Shown one piece after another: positions 26,011-40,913 of a stretch of 64,000 nt of DNA. The stretch comes from the human T2T-CHM13v2.0 reference genome, Homo sapiens: the NCBI RefSeq assembly GCF_009914755.1, contig NC_060937.1, one strand, 5' to 3'. Each line of letters opens with the position of its first letter. Position 1 is the stretch's first letter. A program made the translations under genes and the position numbers. The notes below the pieces were generated by a model. The model was given only the letters and a program-made list of their open reading frames with translations, made no database searches and had not been told where the DNA came from.

Positions 26011-27657
26011 TAGGGATAGTCAAACTACAGCCTGTGGCCACATCCAGCCTAAAGCTGTCATGAGATCCTTGGGGTGTTGCTTCACTACCTGGAAACATCT
26101 TTAGCCAGCGGCATCTTCTGTGTGAGTATTGCTTGCACCTTCTGGGCTCATCTGTCCACTTGGCCTGGCAGGTCATGCTCAGTTAGCATTATCAGCCCAG
26201 ATCCCGCACCTGCCAAGGACAAGCCAGGCACGAAGCAGCAAGGGTTGTGTGAACAAGTGAGCACAGGGTCCAGCCAGTGTGTACAATCAGGCACGCCAGC
26301 TGCTGCTTTGGGGCAGGCAGCTCCAGGCGCCAACCCAGGTGCCAGGTCTGTGTGAGGGTGAGGCTAGACCAGGTGTACTGCATGCATCTTCTCCTGTGGG
26401 CACCCGGGTCTCAACAAGGGGAACATGGTGGTGCCCGGAAGCTTGAAGACACCAGGCACTGCAGAGTCCCAAAAGGGTGTCACAGCCCTGGCTTGGGGAA
26501 CCCCTATGTCTGGGCTCCCAGAAGGGCTGTAGCTCTTCTGTCCTTTTTGTTGCCGGTAACATGGAGAGCAGGGGGCTGTGTTTCAGCCCTGTTTGTGTTA
26601 CAGCAGGTCGTTCCTACAAGTGTCCAGCTTTCAGCAGAGAGGATACCCGCAGTGGATAGCTCCTTTTCACAGGCAGGTTGAGCTCCTTTTCAAAGGTAGG
26701 TCGTCCTGACATCACTCAAGTCTGGCTGAGTCTGGGTTTTTTTTATGGGCTCAGAAGGGAGGAAGTGCGTGCTGATTACTTAAAAGGTTGCCTTGGTTGG
26801 CCCCCCAGAAGCACCATCTAATTGGCCAAACAGTCATCGATGAAGTCCTCACTCCAGGCCCTGGACTTCAACCAGAACTGGCAGCCCGACCCTTAGTCTT
26901 CAGGCTGTTCCTGACCTGAGGGTGGGGTTTCACCGGGGACCCACCCCTTTCCACCCAGGAACCTGCCTCCCGCCATCAACATGTTGACTATGGCACCCAG
27001 GTTGTTCGTGCTGAGGGGCACCTCAGCTCCATCCCGGCCTCCCTCCTGCGCTCCTTAGTGCCCAAGTCTGGAGGGGGCCGAGGCAGCAAGGGGCTGGGGT
27101 GTCAGCATCACTGTGAAGGTATACACCTGGCTGGGTTGCAACAGCACCAGGGCTCAGCCAAAACATTCCTCCCCTCTAGAGCAGGCACTGGGCATGGTGA
27201 GAGGCCAGGGAGTGGGAGCAGGCACTTCTGATCTTGTGGAGGAAGGAGGATTCCAGGCCCCTGAGAGTGCAGGGATGCTCAGGTCCAGAGCCATGGCTGG
27301 GCTGCTTCAGTTGTGCCCAGGAGTGCAGGACTCCCACCCTAACTCAGTAGGGGGTGGGACTCTGGCCTGTTCCCAGCCCCAGCTAGCTCCGTGGAGTGTG
27401 CAGTCCCTGCCGTGCCTCCCCTGCTGCAGCTGGCCTCTTCTCAGTGACTGCTCCAGATGGGCCATCGCTGCCATCAAAGCTTATTTTGTTTAGTGCAATT
27501 TTTTTAGAACCCAGTCAAAATTATTCATTTATGTATTTTCTATGGTTATGTTTACCTAAAAAGGTAGAATTGAGTAGTTGTGGTAGACATCATGCAGTCT
27601 ATAAAACCTAAAATATTTATTCTCTGGCTCTTTACAGAAAAGGTTTATTGCCGCTCA
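26011..27657 (+). mobile_element. MER58A hAT MITE split by MER52 (26011-26055 and 27477-27657)
   Basis: Left part tagggatagtcaaactacagcctgtggccacatccagcc. Right part ...ttgagtagttg...cctaaaatatttattctctggctctttacagaaaaggttt. Confidence 0.8.
26056..27476 (-). mobile_element. MER52 ERV1 solo LTR
   Basis: GC-rich, 1421 bp. The minus strand starts tgatggcagcgatggcccatctggagc. Perfect 4-bp TSD AAGC at 26052-26055 and 27477-27480. Confidence 0.92.
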
Positions 27658-27851
27658 ATATCAAGGATTGATTTTCATTTGATTGTTTTTGTTCTGTGTA
27701 CTTCATATTTTGGTGTCGTGTACTTTCTAGCAAATAAGTAATGTCCAGTTGTCTTTTTGTGAGGTTAAAAATCATTTGATGCTCATTTCCTGAATCTATT
27801 GATTTTATCAAGGAGTCGAAAATGCTAACAAACTAGTTATTTTAGTACCAT

Positions 27852-28305
27852 TGAGGTAAGAGATCAGCAGGACCTGTTTTCATGACCCTGCTATCAAAAC
27901 AGGAGCAAAAAACTGACCAAAACCAGCTACAACTAGGAATTATAATACATTTGCTTCGTATAAGACACTCCAGCACAATGACAGTTCACAATTGCCACAG
28001 CAACACCTGAATATTACCTGATATGGTTCCAGGAGCTCCCCACCCCTTTTCTGGAAATTTAGTGAATAACCTCCTCCTTATTTAGCATATAATAAGGAGA
28101 AGGTATACATATAGCTAGCCGCAACCCTCAAGTGCTACTCCACTTATGGGGTAGCCCTGCTGAGTCAATGGAGTAACAATTTTGCTGTACACTGTTGCTC
28201 TGATAACTTGCTTTCTTTCACCATTGGCTTGCTCTTGAATTCTTTCCTGAGCAAAACCAAGAACCCTTCCAGGCTAAGACACAATCTGGGGGTTTCCCCG
28301 CATCA
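27852..28305 (+). mobile_element. ERV1 solo LTR (MER66/MER41-group)
   Basis: Runs tgaggtaagagatcagcaggac...cttgaattctttcctgagcaaaaccaagaaccc...gcatca. Perfect TSD CCAT. AP-1 motif tgagtca at 28161. Confidence 0.85.
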
Positions 28306-28642
28306 CCATGACCTAAAACGATTTCTGAAGACCTGACTTTTGTGTGGGACCTGGAAATATTGTACTAGAATATCTCATTGCATTATTTTATAGGGAGAGG
28401 ATTTGTAAAACTTTTGAGAAAAGAGTGGACTAATAAAAAAAAATTGAATTGGTATTAAACCCTGGCTTTAGAAACATACATTTTTAATATTACTGAATAT
28501 CAACTTCTGAATATGTAGAATAGAAATATCAGAAACTACTTGATATAACTATGGCAAATATTAGAAATTATGTAATATATAATTACATATTTTATACGTA
28601 ATTTCTAATACATAATGAATAATCAATGTTAACAATTGGCTG

Positions 28643-28757
28643 TACCATATTTCATGAAAACACACTTTTTCACATATCAACATCTCTGAAATTGGACTAT
28701 ATTATGAAATTGAACTGTATTATAAAATTGATAAATCTTAGGTTTAATGAAATATGG
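28643..28757. mobile_element. Short DNA-transposon MITE (MER96-like)
   Basis: Inverted ends ccatatttcat / atgaaatatgg, with internal aacatctctgaaattgga. Confidence 0.55.
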
Positions 28758-29294
28758 AAGTAGCAGTGTTAATATGATAGCTATGTGTTGTGTAAGTGTG
28801 TTGATTCTGTGCCATTAATATTCCCACCAAAAGCTCGAATAAAATTATTTTCACAGAATTTTCTTAGGTCCCCAAATTCTGTTGTTCATTTATACTGACC
28901 AAACTTTCATGGAAGATCTTTATTCTGGTGTTTTAGGTATTTGTACCAAGTGCCCTGTTCAGATTAACAAAGATGAATTTTGAAACTCTAATGCTATCAC
29001 CAGGCATCTAAGTGTGTTGCGTTCATGTATTTCCCTGACCCCCACCCCATGTGATTTGTTCTGTGAGAGAGCTAGAGTTAGAGGTAAACCAGTTTGAAAT
29101 AGTCAGGCAGGGGATGCTTAAAGAATCAGTTGTAGTTTTAATTATTCTACGTCATTCCTGAAATTGAAATACTAGGGTTCAAGAAGATCTCTACTTGCTG
29201 TCCACACCCTCCTATCTCCAGAGACAGTTTCTCCCTGGGCGCATGATCGACTAGTCTAATCACCCTGAAACAAAATCGTAAAATATCACTATTA

Positions 29295-29490
29295 GTAATA
29301 ATAACAAAACATACTTAATAAGCTTACAATTTTCAAAGTACTATTAAAAGTACTTTATATATGTTACCACATTTAATCATTACAAAAATTAGACATGTTA
29401 AATGCTATTATTATCTTCATTTTCTGGATGAGAAACATTAAGTAATATGCTGAAAATCTCACAGATATAAATAGTAGGGTCAAAAATATT
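29295..29490 (-). mobile_element. MIR fragment
   Basis: catttaatcattacaa...tattattatcttcattttctggatgagaaac...ctcacag. Confidence 0.65.
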
Positions 29491-29741
29491 ATGTATATAA
29501 AGTATCTCCTCATTTTTGGGATAATAGATGTGAGAATTCTTTTCATTGTTGTTTGTTTTGTTTTGTTTTGAATAAAGCAGAGGATTTACTGTAAGCCACA
29601 CGGCTGTCTGGGAATAGGAGTAGCTGTTAGTATGTATATTCCCCAGGCCTTCAAGGGAGCAGGGATACCAGATTTTCAACCTGCAGACTCAGTGAGACAA
29701 CCAAACTGAAAAGGAAACCAAATTAACCTTAGCTGAGTCCT

Positions 29742-30106
29742 TGTGGATTGGTGCCAGTTCTCCTCTCATTATAAGTACTTAGGAAGATTGCGCTACCTCA
29801 CTTTCCTCAACTTTAATCATGGTCATATGATTTACTTTGGCCAGTAAAAATTGAGCAAAAATGATATGTGTTGCTTCCAGTTAAAGCATTCCTGAAACAG
29901 AATAAATCCTCCATGTATTCTTATTCTTGCCACAACATCTTGTGTGAATTTTCCAGGCTCATGAATGAATGCGACATGAAGCAGAGACTACTGACAATCT
30001 GCAATGGACATATTTAGTGAGTAAAAGCAAATCTTAAATCTTTGACGTCACTGTGGTTGAGAGTTATTTGTTACCACAGAATAACCTAGCTTATTCATAC
30101 TTTATA
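29742..30106 (+). mobile_element. Old MaLR LTR (MLT1I/J-like)
   Basis: ggtcatatgatttactttggccagtaaaa...atttgttaccacagaataacctagc. Confidence 0.65.
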
Positions 30107-30276
30107 GTCAGAGTTAGTTTCTGTCAACACTCATAGAACCTAGATAAGCCTTTGTAATTTGGTCTAGCTCAATTAGCTATATATGATGCCCAACACTGAA
30201 GACCCCACTGTAAGTTCGTCTTTCAATGTTCATTTAATTAAGCTTATAAAAAATATGTAAGCTGAAGACATTTTCT

Positions 30277-31599
<1,323 letters not shown>

Positions 31600-31989
31600 T
31601 TATATCCCAAGAGTATGTGAGTAAATATGAGCATATAAAAAACAACAATTATATAGAATTTGTTTTAAAAAATCTTTCTCTAGCTCATCTTTTATTTACT
31701 ATGCAACAGAAATAGCCACTTTCACATATTTTAGAAATGATTTAAATCTTTAAATAAGCTAGTATTTCTGTGTAACTTACTATGTATCTTTCCTCAATGA
31801 AGAATAAGTATTTAATTTGTTTCTGTTTTTCTGTAACTACAATACACACTCAGCACTTTCTGCCCACAACCCCATTCTCTAATTATGGTTTATCATAACT
31901 TGAGTTAGATCAAGATTTATATTTCTTTCATGATTACTATATACATACTATTGAGAGCTAAGTAATATGCTTTAATTTTTTGAATCCTC

Positions 31990-32700
31990 ACACGTATAAA
32001 AATGTCTATATTATATTGACAGTTGAGTGACATTTTGACTGATTATGGATTTATGAATTTCTGTTTTCTTCAGAAATTTTAAGGCATTTCCATTTTAATT
32101 TAGCTTCTAGTGTTTATCACAAAAAGCCTGAAGCATACTAATGACCGAACCTCAGCATGTAGGCATTTTTTCTCATATGTAATATTGTAGGATCTTTTTA
32201 TTTTTCAATATTCTGGAATATTATAATGATGTGCCTCAGTGTTGCTCTAATTTTTCCCTTTCTATGGGCACATAATGGATTCTTGAAATATGAAAAAGCA
32301 TGTCCTTAATTTATATAAAAATTTTCAAAATGTTTATTTAATACTTTAATCTTTTTAACTTTTTATGCGATCTACTTCATACATTCCTATTACTTGGATG
32401 TTTGAATTAATGGGATGTGTCTTTTATTGTCTTACACATCTCTATTCTTCCCTCCATGTTTGTCTTTTTGTTGTTTGTTTTCTCTTGTTTCTGTGAAATT
32501 TTCTCAGCTTTATCTTTCAAACATACTATTAAGCTTTACATTTCTAATTGTGAAACAATGTTCATTTGTTCTATGATACATACATATATATGTATGTATA
32601 TGCATGCATGTGTGTATATACATATATAATCATTATTCTGTTTGTTTCATGAATGAAATACTTTGCTTTATTTCTTTTAAGGATTTATTTTATGCTTTTG
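31990..32700 (-). mobile_element. Ancient L1ME/HAL1 ORF1-like remnant
   Basis: T-rich degenerate match (ttcttcagaaattttaaggcatt...tagcttctagtgtt...ataatgatgtgcctcagtgt). Confidence 0.5.
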
Positions 32701-33459
32701 TCACTGTGGCTCTGAGAATTGCTTAGTAATGGTGAACTGTACTCAGCATAGCCAATCAACTGGTCAGTCAGTTAGTCATCATCTTTTATATAGCAACAGA
32801 TGACAAGACATCTAAAGAAAAACTCTGTTCACAAACAATTAAAAAAAGAAAAAAAAATGTTTGACAGAATGAAGGTGATAAAAAAGAACTTAGAAAAAAT
32901 TAAGAGAGGCAAAATAAGACTCTTTTTATCCTCTTCAGAGAATCATTCTCAGTATTATTTTTCAAAGATAGCAATTATGTGCTTTTCCAAACAATTATAG
33001 AGCACGAGGTCATGCAACATATTCACTACAAACTACTAATTAATTCCCTTTATTTTGGGCTCAATTCTTTTCTTCTCCATTTCCAGTGACACCTTATATT
33101 GCTACATCGTGAGCATTTTGGAAAAATTTTGACATGCAAACCTGGTCATTTATCAGCTTTATTTACTGCTGGCCAGGTTTGATTTGGGTAGGTTTTCTAA
33201 AAAGTGTTATGACAAGTTCAATTAATTTCCAACATCAATAGTTTGTTGATGATGGATCAATTACCATTCTTCTTCTTCCTGTGTGTTTATTCTAAAATAA
33301 ATAAATTAATTAATAAACTTTACAGTCACTTAGTGGGTTTTCAGGATAGAGCAATATAAATATATTCATTCAAATTCTCTTAATTGGGTGGTATCCTTTT
33401 TTCCCTGTTTACATTATATTGTATGAATTGTATGAATTTTTCTAAAACTTTAATTCTTT

Positions 33460-33786
33460 ATTTATTTTTTATTTATTTTATTCTTATTTATGTATTTATT
33501 TTGAGACTGGGTGTTGCTCTGTTGCCCAGGCTGGAGTGCAGTGATGTGATCATGGCTCACCATAGCCTGGACCTCCTGGGCTCAAGCTGTCCTCCCACCT
33601 CAGCCTCCCAAACAGCTAGGACTACAGATATGTACCAGCATGACCAATTAATGTATTAATTTTTTTGTAGAGACGGTGTGTCCCTATGTTGCCCAGACTG
33701 ATCTTGAACTCCTGGGTTCAAGCATTCCTCCTGCCTCAGATTCCCAAAGTGCTGGGATTATAGGCATGAGCCACTGCACCTAGCCC
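33460..33786 (-). mobile_element. AluJ
   Basis: J-type features (cctcctgggctcaagc). 16-bp TSD aaaactttaattcttt at 33444-33459 and 33787-33802. Confidence 0.95.
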
Positions 33787-34137
33787 AAAACTTTAATTCT
33801 TTTACAAAAACTTGATATTAAGGCTGTCCTGAAAGTATGCCATTATGAAATAACTTACAATTAATTTCACAATTTTCTTTTGTGAAATAACCAGATTGTT
33901 TCTCACATTTATGTATGTACATATATATGTATATATGAGTGCATTTAATCAAGAAAGTGAAAGGTTTGCAAATAAATATAAAGACATCTTTGTTCATGGA
34001 TAGGAACACTTGATATTGTCCTACCCAAAGCAATATACAGATTCAATACAATCCATATTAAAATTCCAAGGTTTTTTTTTTTTAATGGACAAGTCAATTC
34101 TCAAATTTATATGGAATTTTAAAAGGTTCAAATAGCA

Positions 34138-34479
<342 letters not shown>

Positions 34480-34811
34480 GTCAAAGTTTCTGTAAATTAG
34501 GAGTCTGAGTATGGCTTAGCTGAGTCCTCTCGTCAGAATCTCACAAGACCGCATGCTCATCTGGAGTCTTAACTGGGGAATAATTTACTTCCAAGATTCT
34601 TCAGGTTGCTGGAAAAATTAATTCCCTTGCAGCTGTAGAACTCAGAGCCCCATCATCTTGCTGATTGTCAGCTGGGGATTGCCTTCAGCTCTTAGAGGCC
34701 ACACTCAGCTGCTAGCCATGTAGACCTATTAACATGACTACTCAGTTCTTCAAGGCCAGTTAGAGACAGGGTCTCTATAGTATGTCTATATCAGGATAGT
34801 CTTAATATATT
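34480..34811 (-). mobile_element. Internal MLT1E/F LTR fragment without termini; likely co-inserted with the AluY
   Basis: ggcttagctgagtcctct...ctcatctggag...ttccaag...tagaggccacactcag. Followed by A10 and the second copy of the Alu TSD. Confidence 0.78.
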
Positions 34812-36439
34812 AAAAAAAAAAGAGATTCAAATAGCAAAAATTTTTTTTAATAATAAGAACAAAATGGGAAGACACATTTCCCAATTTCAAAACTTACTAC
34901 AAAGCTACAGTAATTAAAACTGTTGCACTGGCATAAGAATAGACATATATACTATCAGAATATAATTGAGAGTCTAAAAACAAACTCATATATTTATGAC
35001 CAGTGGATTTTGGCAAACCATTCAATAGAGAATAAAAGCTTCTTCAACAAATGATGCTAGAACAGCTGGACTATCACATGCAAAATAATTAAGCTGGACT
35101 CTTACCTTATATCATGTAAAAAATGACTCAAAATGGATGATCAACCTATATATAAGAGCTAAAATTGTAAAACTCTAAGAAGACAACACAGGATTAACTG
35201 TTCATCAACTTGGGTTTGGCAATGGATACTTAGATATATAACCACAAGTAGCATCAAAAGATGCTACAAAAGAAAAAAATCGCAGCAACAAAAGAAAAAA
35301 TATACTAAATTTACTTCATCAAAACAAAAACTCATATGCATCAAAGAAGTGAAAAGACAACTACACAATGGTAGAAAATATTTGCAGATTATACATCTAA
35401 TAAATGTTGTATATCCAGAATATAAAGTGCTTCTATAACTCAACAACAAAAAAGAAACAACTCGTTTCAAAAATAGGCAAATACTTAAATAAAAATTTCA
35501 CCAAAGAATAACCAATAAGCACATGTAAAGATGCTCAACATCGCTAATCATTAGGAAAGTGAAAATCAAAACCACAATGAAATACCACTTCATACTTACT
35601 AGTAAGGTTATAAAAACAAAAGGAAAATAAGAAGTGTTGGCCAGGATGTGGAAATTGGAACACATACATTGCTGATGGGAATGTAAAATATTGCATGTTA
35701 CAGATGTGGAAAACAGTTTGTTGTTATTCAAAAAGCAAAACATAAAATTGCCATGTATCCCAGAAATTCTATTCCTAGGTATACAACCCAAGAATTGAAA
35801 ACAGGAACTCATTGAGATTCCTGTAGGCCAGTAATTGTTGCAGCATTATTCACAATACCAAAAGTAAAAATAATCAAAGTGTCTATCAAAAAAGGAATGG
35901 ATTAAAAAATGTAGTATATACGTACAGTGGAATATCATTCAGTCATAAAAAGGAATGAAGCTATGAAACATGCTACAACATGAGTGAACTCTGAAAATAT
36001 TATGCTTAGTGAAATAAGACAGACACAAAAGAATAAATATTATATGATTCTACTTACATAAAATATCTAGAATAGGCAAATTCATAGGGACAGAAAGTAG
36101 ATTAGAGGTAATCAAGGGCTGAGAGTAGTGGTTAGCTGTAAGTTATTGCTTGATTGCAACAGAGTTTCTAATTGCAGTGATGAAAACTTGGAAATTGATA
36201 GTGGTGATGGTTAGCACAATTATTTAAACATTAAAATAATGCTACTCAATTTTCTATTTATAACTGATTAAATAAAAGATTATATGTGTGTATAGATATT
36301 ATTTTTATCATAGTAATTTTTTGTCCAAATAATTATTTCTCCAGAAGAAGTTTATAGAATCAGATTTTGTCATGAAATACATTTTTTTTTGCGTGTACTT
36401 ATGTGATATTTTCTACAAGGTATGATAGCGGAGAAAAAA

Positions 36440-36720
36440 AGAGCTTGTTGTATAAATTTGTAAGCTCAGGAGTCAGACTGCTCCTGTCAAGTAGAATTTT
36501 GGAACTATTCCTTACTACATGGAAATTCTTGTTAGAATCTTAGAACTATCCTTTACTATTTGGAAATTCTTAGGCAAGTTATTTATGTTTTTTTTTTCAA
36601 TTATCTATAAAATAAAAACTTATAAAATTTTTCTCATAAGAGTTTTTGTGGATGTAATGGCAAAACATATGCATAACACTTAGGAAAGTACACAGTAAAC
36701 TCCAGTATGTTAGTGATTAA
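36440..36720 (+). mobile_element. MIR with an internal 41-bp tandem duplication
   Basis: ggagtcagactg...taggcaagttattta...acagtaaactc. Duplicated units start at 36492 and 36533. Confidence 0.65.
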
Positions 36721-37954
36721 TACACTTCCATCATTTACACTAGACAATGTCCTTAAAATGGTCAAAATATTTAGAATAACAAACGTAACCTACATTGGCT
36801 TTCAAATGAAAAAATTATATTAATATGCATATACAAAGCCAGTTAATAAAATTAAAAACAAATTTAACTCTCTGAAGAATTTCTGCCCCACTAAATTTTT
36901 AACTAATAATGTAAAATCACACTGGGGCAAAAGAGCTATCCCCTCCCATTTGGAATTATCTCAATAATCTCATAAACCTTTCATTAATTTTACAAGTAGA
37001 AACACTTTTCCAACTATATGAAGAATATGGAGCAAAACAAAGTAAGATATAAAACATAATCAAGAATTTATAGTGTACTTTGAGAAATACCTAGCAAATT
37101 TTATGAAGACCTCTATATTTTAAAATAAATACTTATTAATAAGGATTACATCTTCAAGATAGCAGAAGTTTGGAAAACAAATATTAGTAGGCTCTTTTTC
37201 AGGCAGATTCATGTAGTTTCTAGCAAGCTACCTCATCTGAACAAATGGCAGATGCTATCATGATAGCTGAGCAATTTAACAACCTGCTGTATCACACATG
37301 CACAAATCCTAATACAAGGAGAATGTAATCTTGCCAAGCACAGAGATTCATTGTTAATTACATTTTCCTTCTATAACTTGTAACATAATATTTAACAGGT
37401 TCTTAAATAATTTAAGGTTTACTCACAAGCTATTAAGTCAACTTATTTTTCATATTTTTCTTGTCTGTTTAATACAAACTCAAAAATATTGTAAAAAGTG
37501 AGTTGTTTCAGATTTTTAAAAAGTTAATATTTTTCATGGAAAAATCAGTATTTGCTGGGTAATGTGTAATGTGGATAACATATTTTGGTTATTTTTGCAG
37601 CTTCTAAAAAAGATAGGTTCAATGCGACTATGACCATAAAATTAGTGGTAATTTTGATGTTTTGAGAATGAAAATATTAATACAATCAAGGGGTATAGCT
37701 GTTTAGTGTTTACCAATCATTTTACACATTTGCAAATTAAAATCACAGTCATTATCAGTAACACAAAAATGACATTTTATGAGACTTCCTGAAGAACCTG
37801 TGGGAAATCACCACTATGTAAAACATAGTTTGTTCTTATTTAAAAAGAACTTAAAAAAAAACTATTTTAAAGTTCACTTAAAACATTCACCTCAATTTTA
37901 TAGTAGAATAATTTTAAAAAGATGTGATTATGATTTTATCTTGAAAACGCATCT

Positions 37955-38066
37955 AACATATTACAAATATTTACATATTACATGTACATATTTACATATT
38001 ATCATGTTTACATATTTACATTTCATATAACATTGACCATATTTACATTTTAATATAACATTGGCC
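37955..38066. repeat. Low-complexity catatttaca minisatellite
   Basis: Repeated catatttacat units read directly. Confidence 0.75.
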
Positions 38067-39999
38067 TTATTTTCAATAGAATTAAATCATTATTTTAAAT
38101 ATGCATTAATTCTCTGAAAACTTTAAGCTCGCATTAAACTAACTTAAGTTTGTGTTTTTGTATGCGTTTGTATTTTTTGCTAAAACTTGATTATTGCACA
38201 TAACATTGTGATTTTTTAAAAGAACAATCAGAAAAAAAGATCATTTTTGCCAAAATACTGTAGGGCTTCATTAATTTTCCCAAGAACCTTTTTCAACTCT
38301 TTGATATCCAAATCATTCTCTTTTGAAGCACCTAATGTATCAACATCTTTGCCAATATATTTCTTTAATTTTTAACCAGTTTATGATACTCTCAATTGTA
38401 AAAGGCTTTTAGTGATAAACTCTAGTAATTCTACTTACCTTTATTGGCTTCATGAAATCATGTAGTTATTGCAAGATTGCAATTTGTCTTTGCATATATT
38501 TCATGGTTTTGTTAGATGTATAGAACATCCTAAAACCAAAAGGAAAATAACTGAAAAAGATGTTGCTCAGTTTACTGGGATGGATATTGTTGGTCATAAA
38601 AGAAAATTTGAGGTAGTGATCAGTTATATCAGTGGTATTAATAAATAATATCTTGTTTTGATGACTTGTTTTCTAGAAAAATTATAAATAATAACTACTT
38701 GGATACAAGGAAAAATTCCTATACATCTAGAGATTGGAGATTTGAGTAGAACTTTTGCATAAAGACTTGATTTATTATGTAATTTGTTTGCTCTTCCAAA
38801 TATAATAAAATTGCAAATTAGGTTTAAAACACTTTCACATATGTTTTATAATGACTGACTAGTGAATAAGGTGCCTTTGATTATCATGGACATTTTGAAG
38901 ACATCTTATGTCATACAGTTAAAATACTAATTTAAAACATGTTTTTAGCTATAATATTTCTGGAAGCTGGTCAACTCTCATGTATTTCAACACCCAATTA
39001 TCAAGAGCTATTTATTATTTCACCAAGTTATTTCCATCATTTTATTTTTTAGTGACATATGTTTCATAGCTGTTTCCTGAAACACATTCCCTTGCTGATT
39101 CTAGTTAAGAATTCTGCACTTAGGCAGACCAAGATAAGTTTCCATTTCAATAAACTTTTATATATATGCAGTTCACAATTTGATATACCTTAGTGTTCTC
39201 TCTTCCAGGCTAACATTTTCTGGTTTTTCGTCTCATTTCTCATGACATCTTTATGCTCTGCTGTTACAACCCCTGGATTCAATTTGGTTATGGTTGCTCA
39301 TCTTAAAATGAGGTATCCAGAACTAATCATGTTCGTTAAGAGTCATCACTCAAATGCACAATTGACTTGGACTATTTTTGTGATGGTGTTCTCAAAGAAT
39401 AAAACATTCTTATTTTCTTAAGTTCCTGTTTGTGCTGAAACTGACACGTGGTGATCTATTACAACCCTCTCTTAAGGTGACTTATGCCTCATATCATTTT
39501 TCTTACCTTAAATCCTACTTGGGAAAAGGAGAGTTTTTTTTTTTTTTGAAAATGACTATATCTTATCTTCACTGCCACACTGTGTCTCTTTATAATCGGT
39601 TTGTGTCTATAAAATACTTAGGCATATTAATCCTATCTATTATGCATGCTGTCTTACAAAATTTTCTCAAGCAACATTTAGTCATAAAATAATGTTCTCT
39701 ATGTTTTACATATTGTAAAGTGCTGTTCTTTCTTTCTAAGAGTGAATCACAATTTTATCATACTTTCTATTCTGTAGTTATAGACAAATTCAAACCAAAT
39801 TCTTAAATATTTGCTGGAAATAAAGCAGGAATTAATAATGCATACACATACATTCTCTTAATTGACAAGTAATTAATTTGCTGACATTTGATCTGAAAAT
39901 GTACACAGACCACATGATCCCAAGGAATAAAAACACAGAAGATGATAGTAATTACAAAAGAAAAGTAACAGTTGCACATAACACTTGATATAATCAAAT

Positions 40000-40230
40000 C
40001 TACATTCTAGAGAAAAATAAAATAGGTAAATAAAAATTGTTTTAAGCTGTAATAGCTATTATACAAGAAAGAAAACATAAACAGAAATTGAAGTAATCAA
40101 GAAAGAGACCTACTTTTGACTGGATGGTCAACAAATTTTTGACTAGGAAACAAATTAGCTGAAATTTAAATGGAGAAGTAGTCTAATAAAGAGGCAGGCA
40201 GAATATTCTGGAAATCAGAAATAACATTTG
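40000..40230 (-). mobile_element. L2 fragment
   Basis: tacattctag...ctacttttgactggatggtca...agctgaaatttaaatggagaag. Confidence 0.5.
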
Positions 40231-40439
40231 TTAAAACATCTATTTTTTGCTTATATGAATGAAGTCTGCCTTTACAAGACTGGTATCTTTGAATTACCGT
40301 GAAGAAGAAATCCAACAAAATGGAATTCTAGACTCAGAAAAATTGTTACTCAAGACTGAGGACACATAAAATATATACTTAAATGAAATAAATGAGAGAG
40401 ATTACCACTCAAAGATTTTCGGAAAATAGTTACAATATC

Positions 40440-40913
40440 CTTAGCTTCAAGGTGGAAGACTGATTATACAAATGGACAATGGTCAGACCATATATGACAA
40501 CAGGACTGTGACACACAAACTTTGCACAAGTAGTCCAGGAAACAGTCCCAACTTCTGCAGCAGTTTGCCCAGAATGGTAAATTAATCACCAGTTACCATC
40601 TTTTCCTATATTTTGTTCTGACTTCTAACTCAGTCCATAACAGAGAAAGCAAAACATGCTTCCCAAAACTATCATATAAGATGCCTCACTGCTACTTAAC
40701 CTTCCTCCATCTTCCTCATGCCAAAAGCTTCCAAACAGAGCACACCTAACGTTTTGCTCTCTCTCTCTCTCTCTTTTTTTTCCCATTATAAAGCTTTCCT
40801 GCCTGCCTTTGAGTCTCTGCCTGATACAAATGGTGGTACCCAACTCACTTGCAATAGCAAGCTCTGAATAAATGGTTTCTGCTTCTCATTTCCATGATTC
40901 TAGTGTATTTCAC
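40440..40913 (+). mobile_element. Old ERV1 LTR (MER89/MER90-like); 5' boundary uncertain
   Basis: gaccatatatgacaa...cagagaaagcaaaacatgct...cctgcctttgagtctctgcc...tagcaagctctgaataaat...atttcaca. Confidence 0.7.

Noticed and set aside
25922-27611. Cluster of 60-134 aa ORFs on both strands
   Set aside because: They lie in or overlap the GC-rich MER52 LTR, where stop codons are scarce. No domain similarity.
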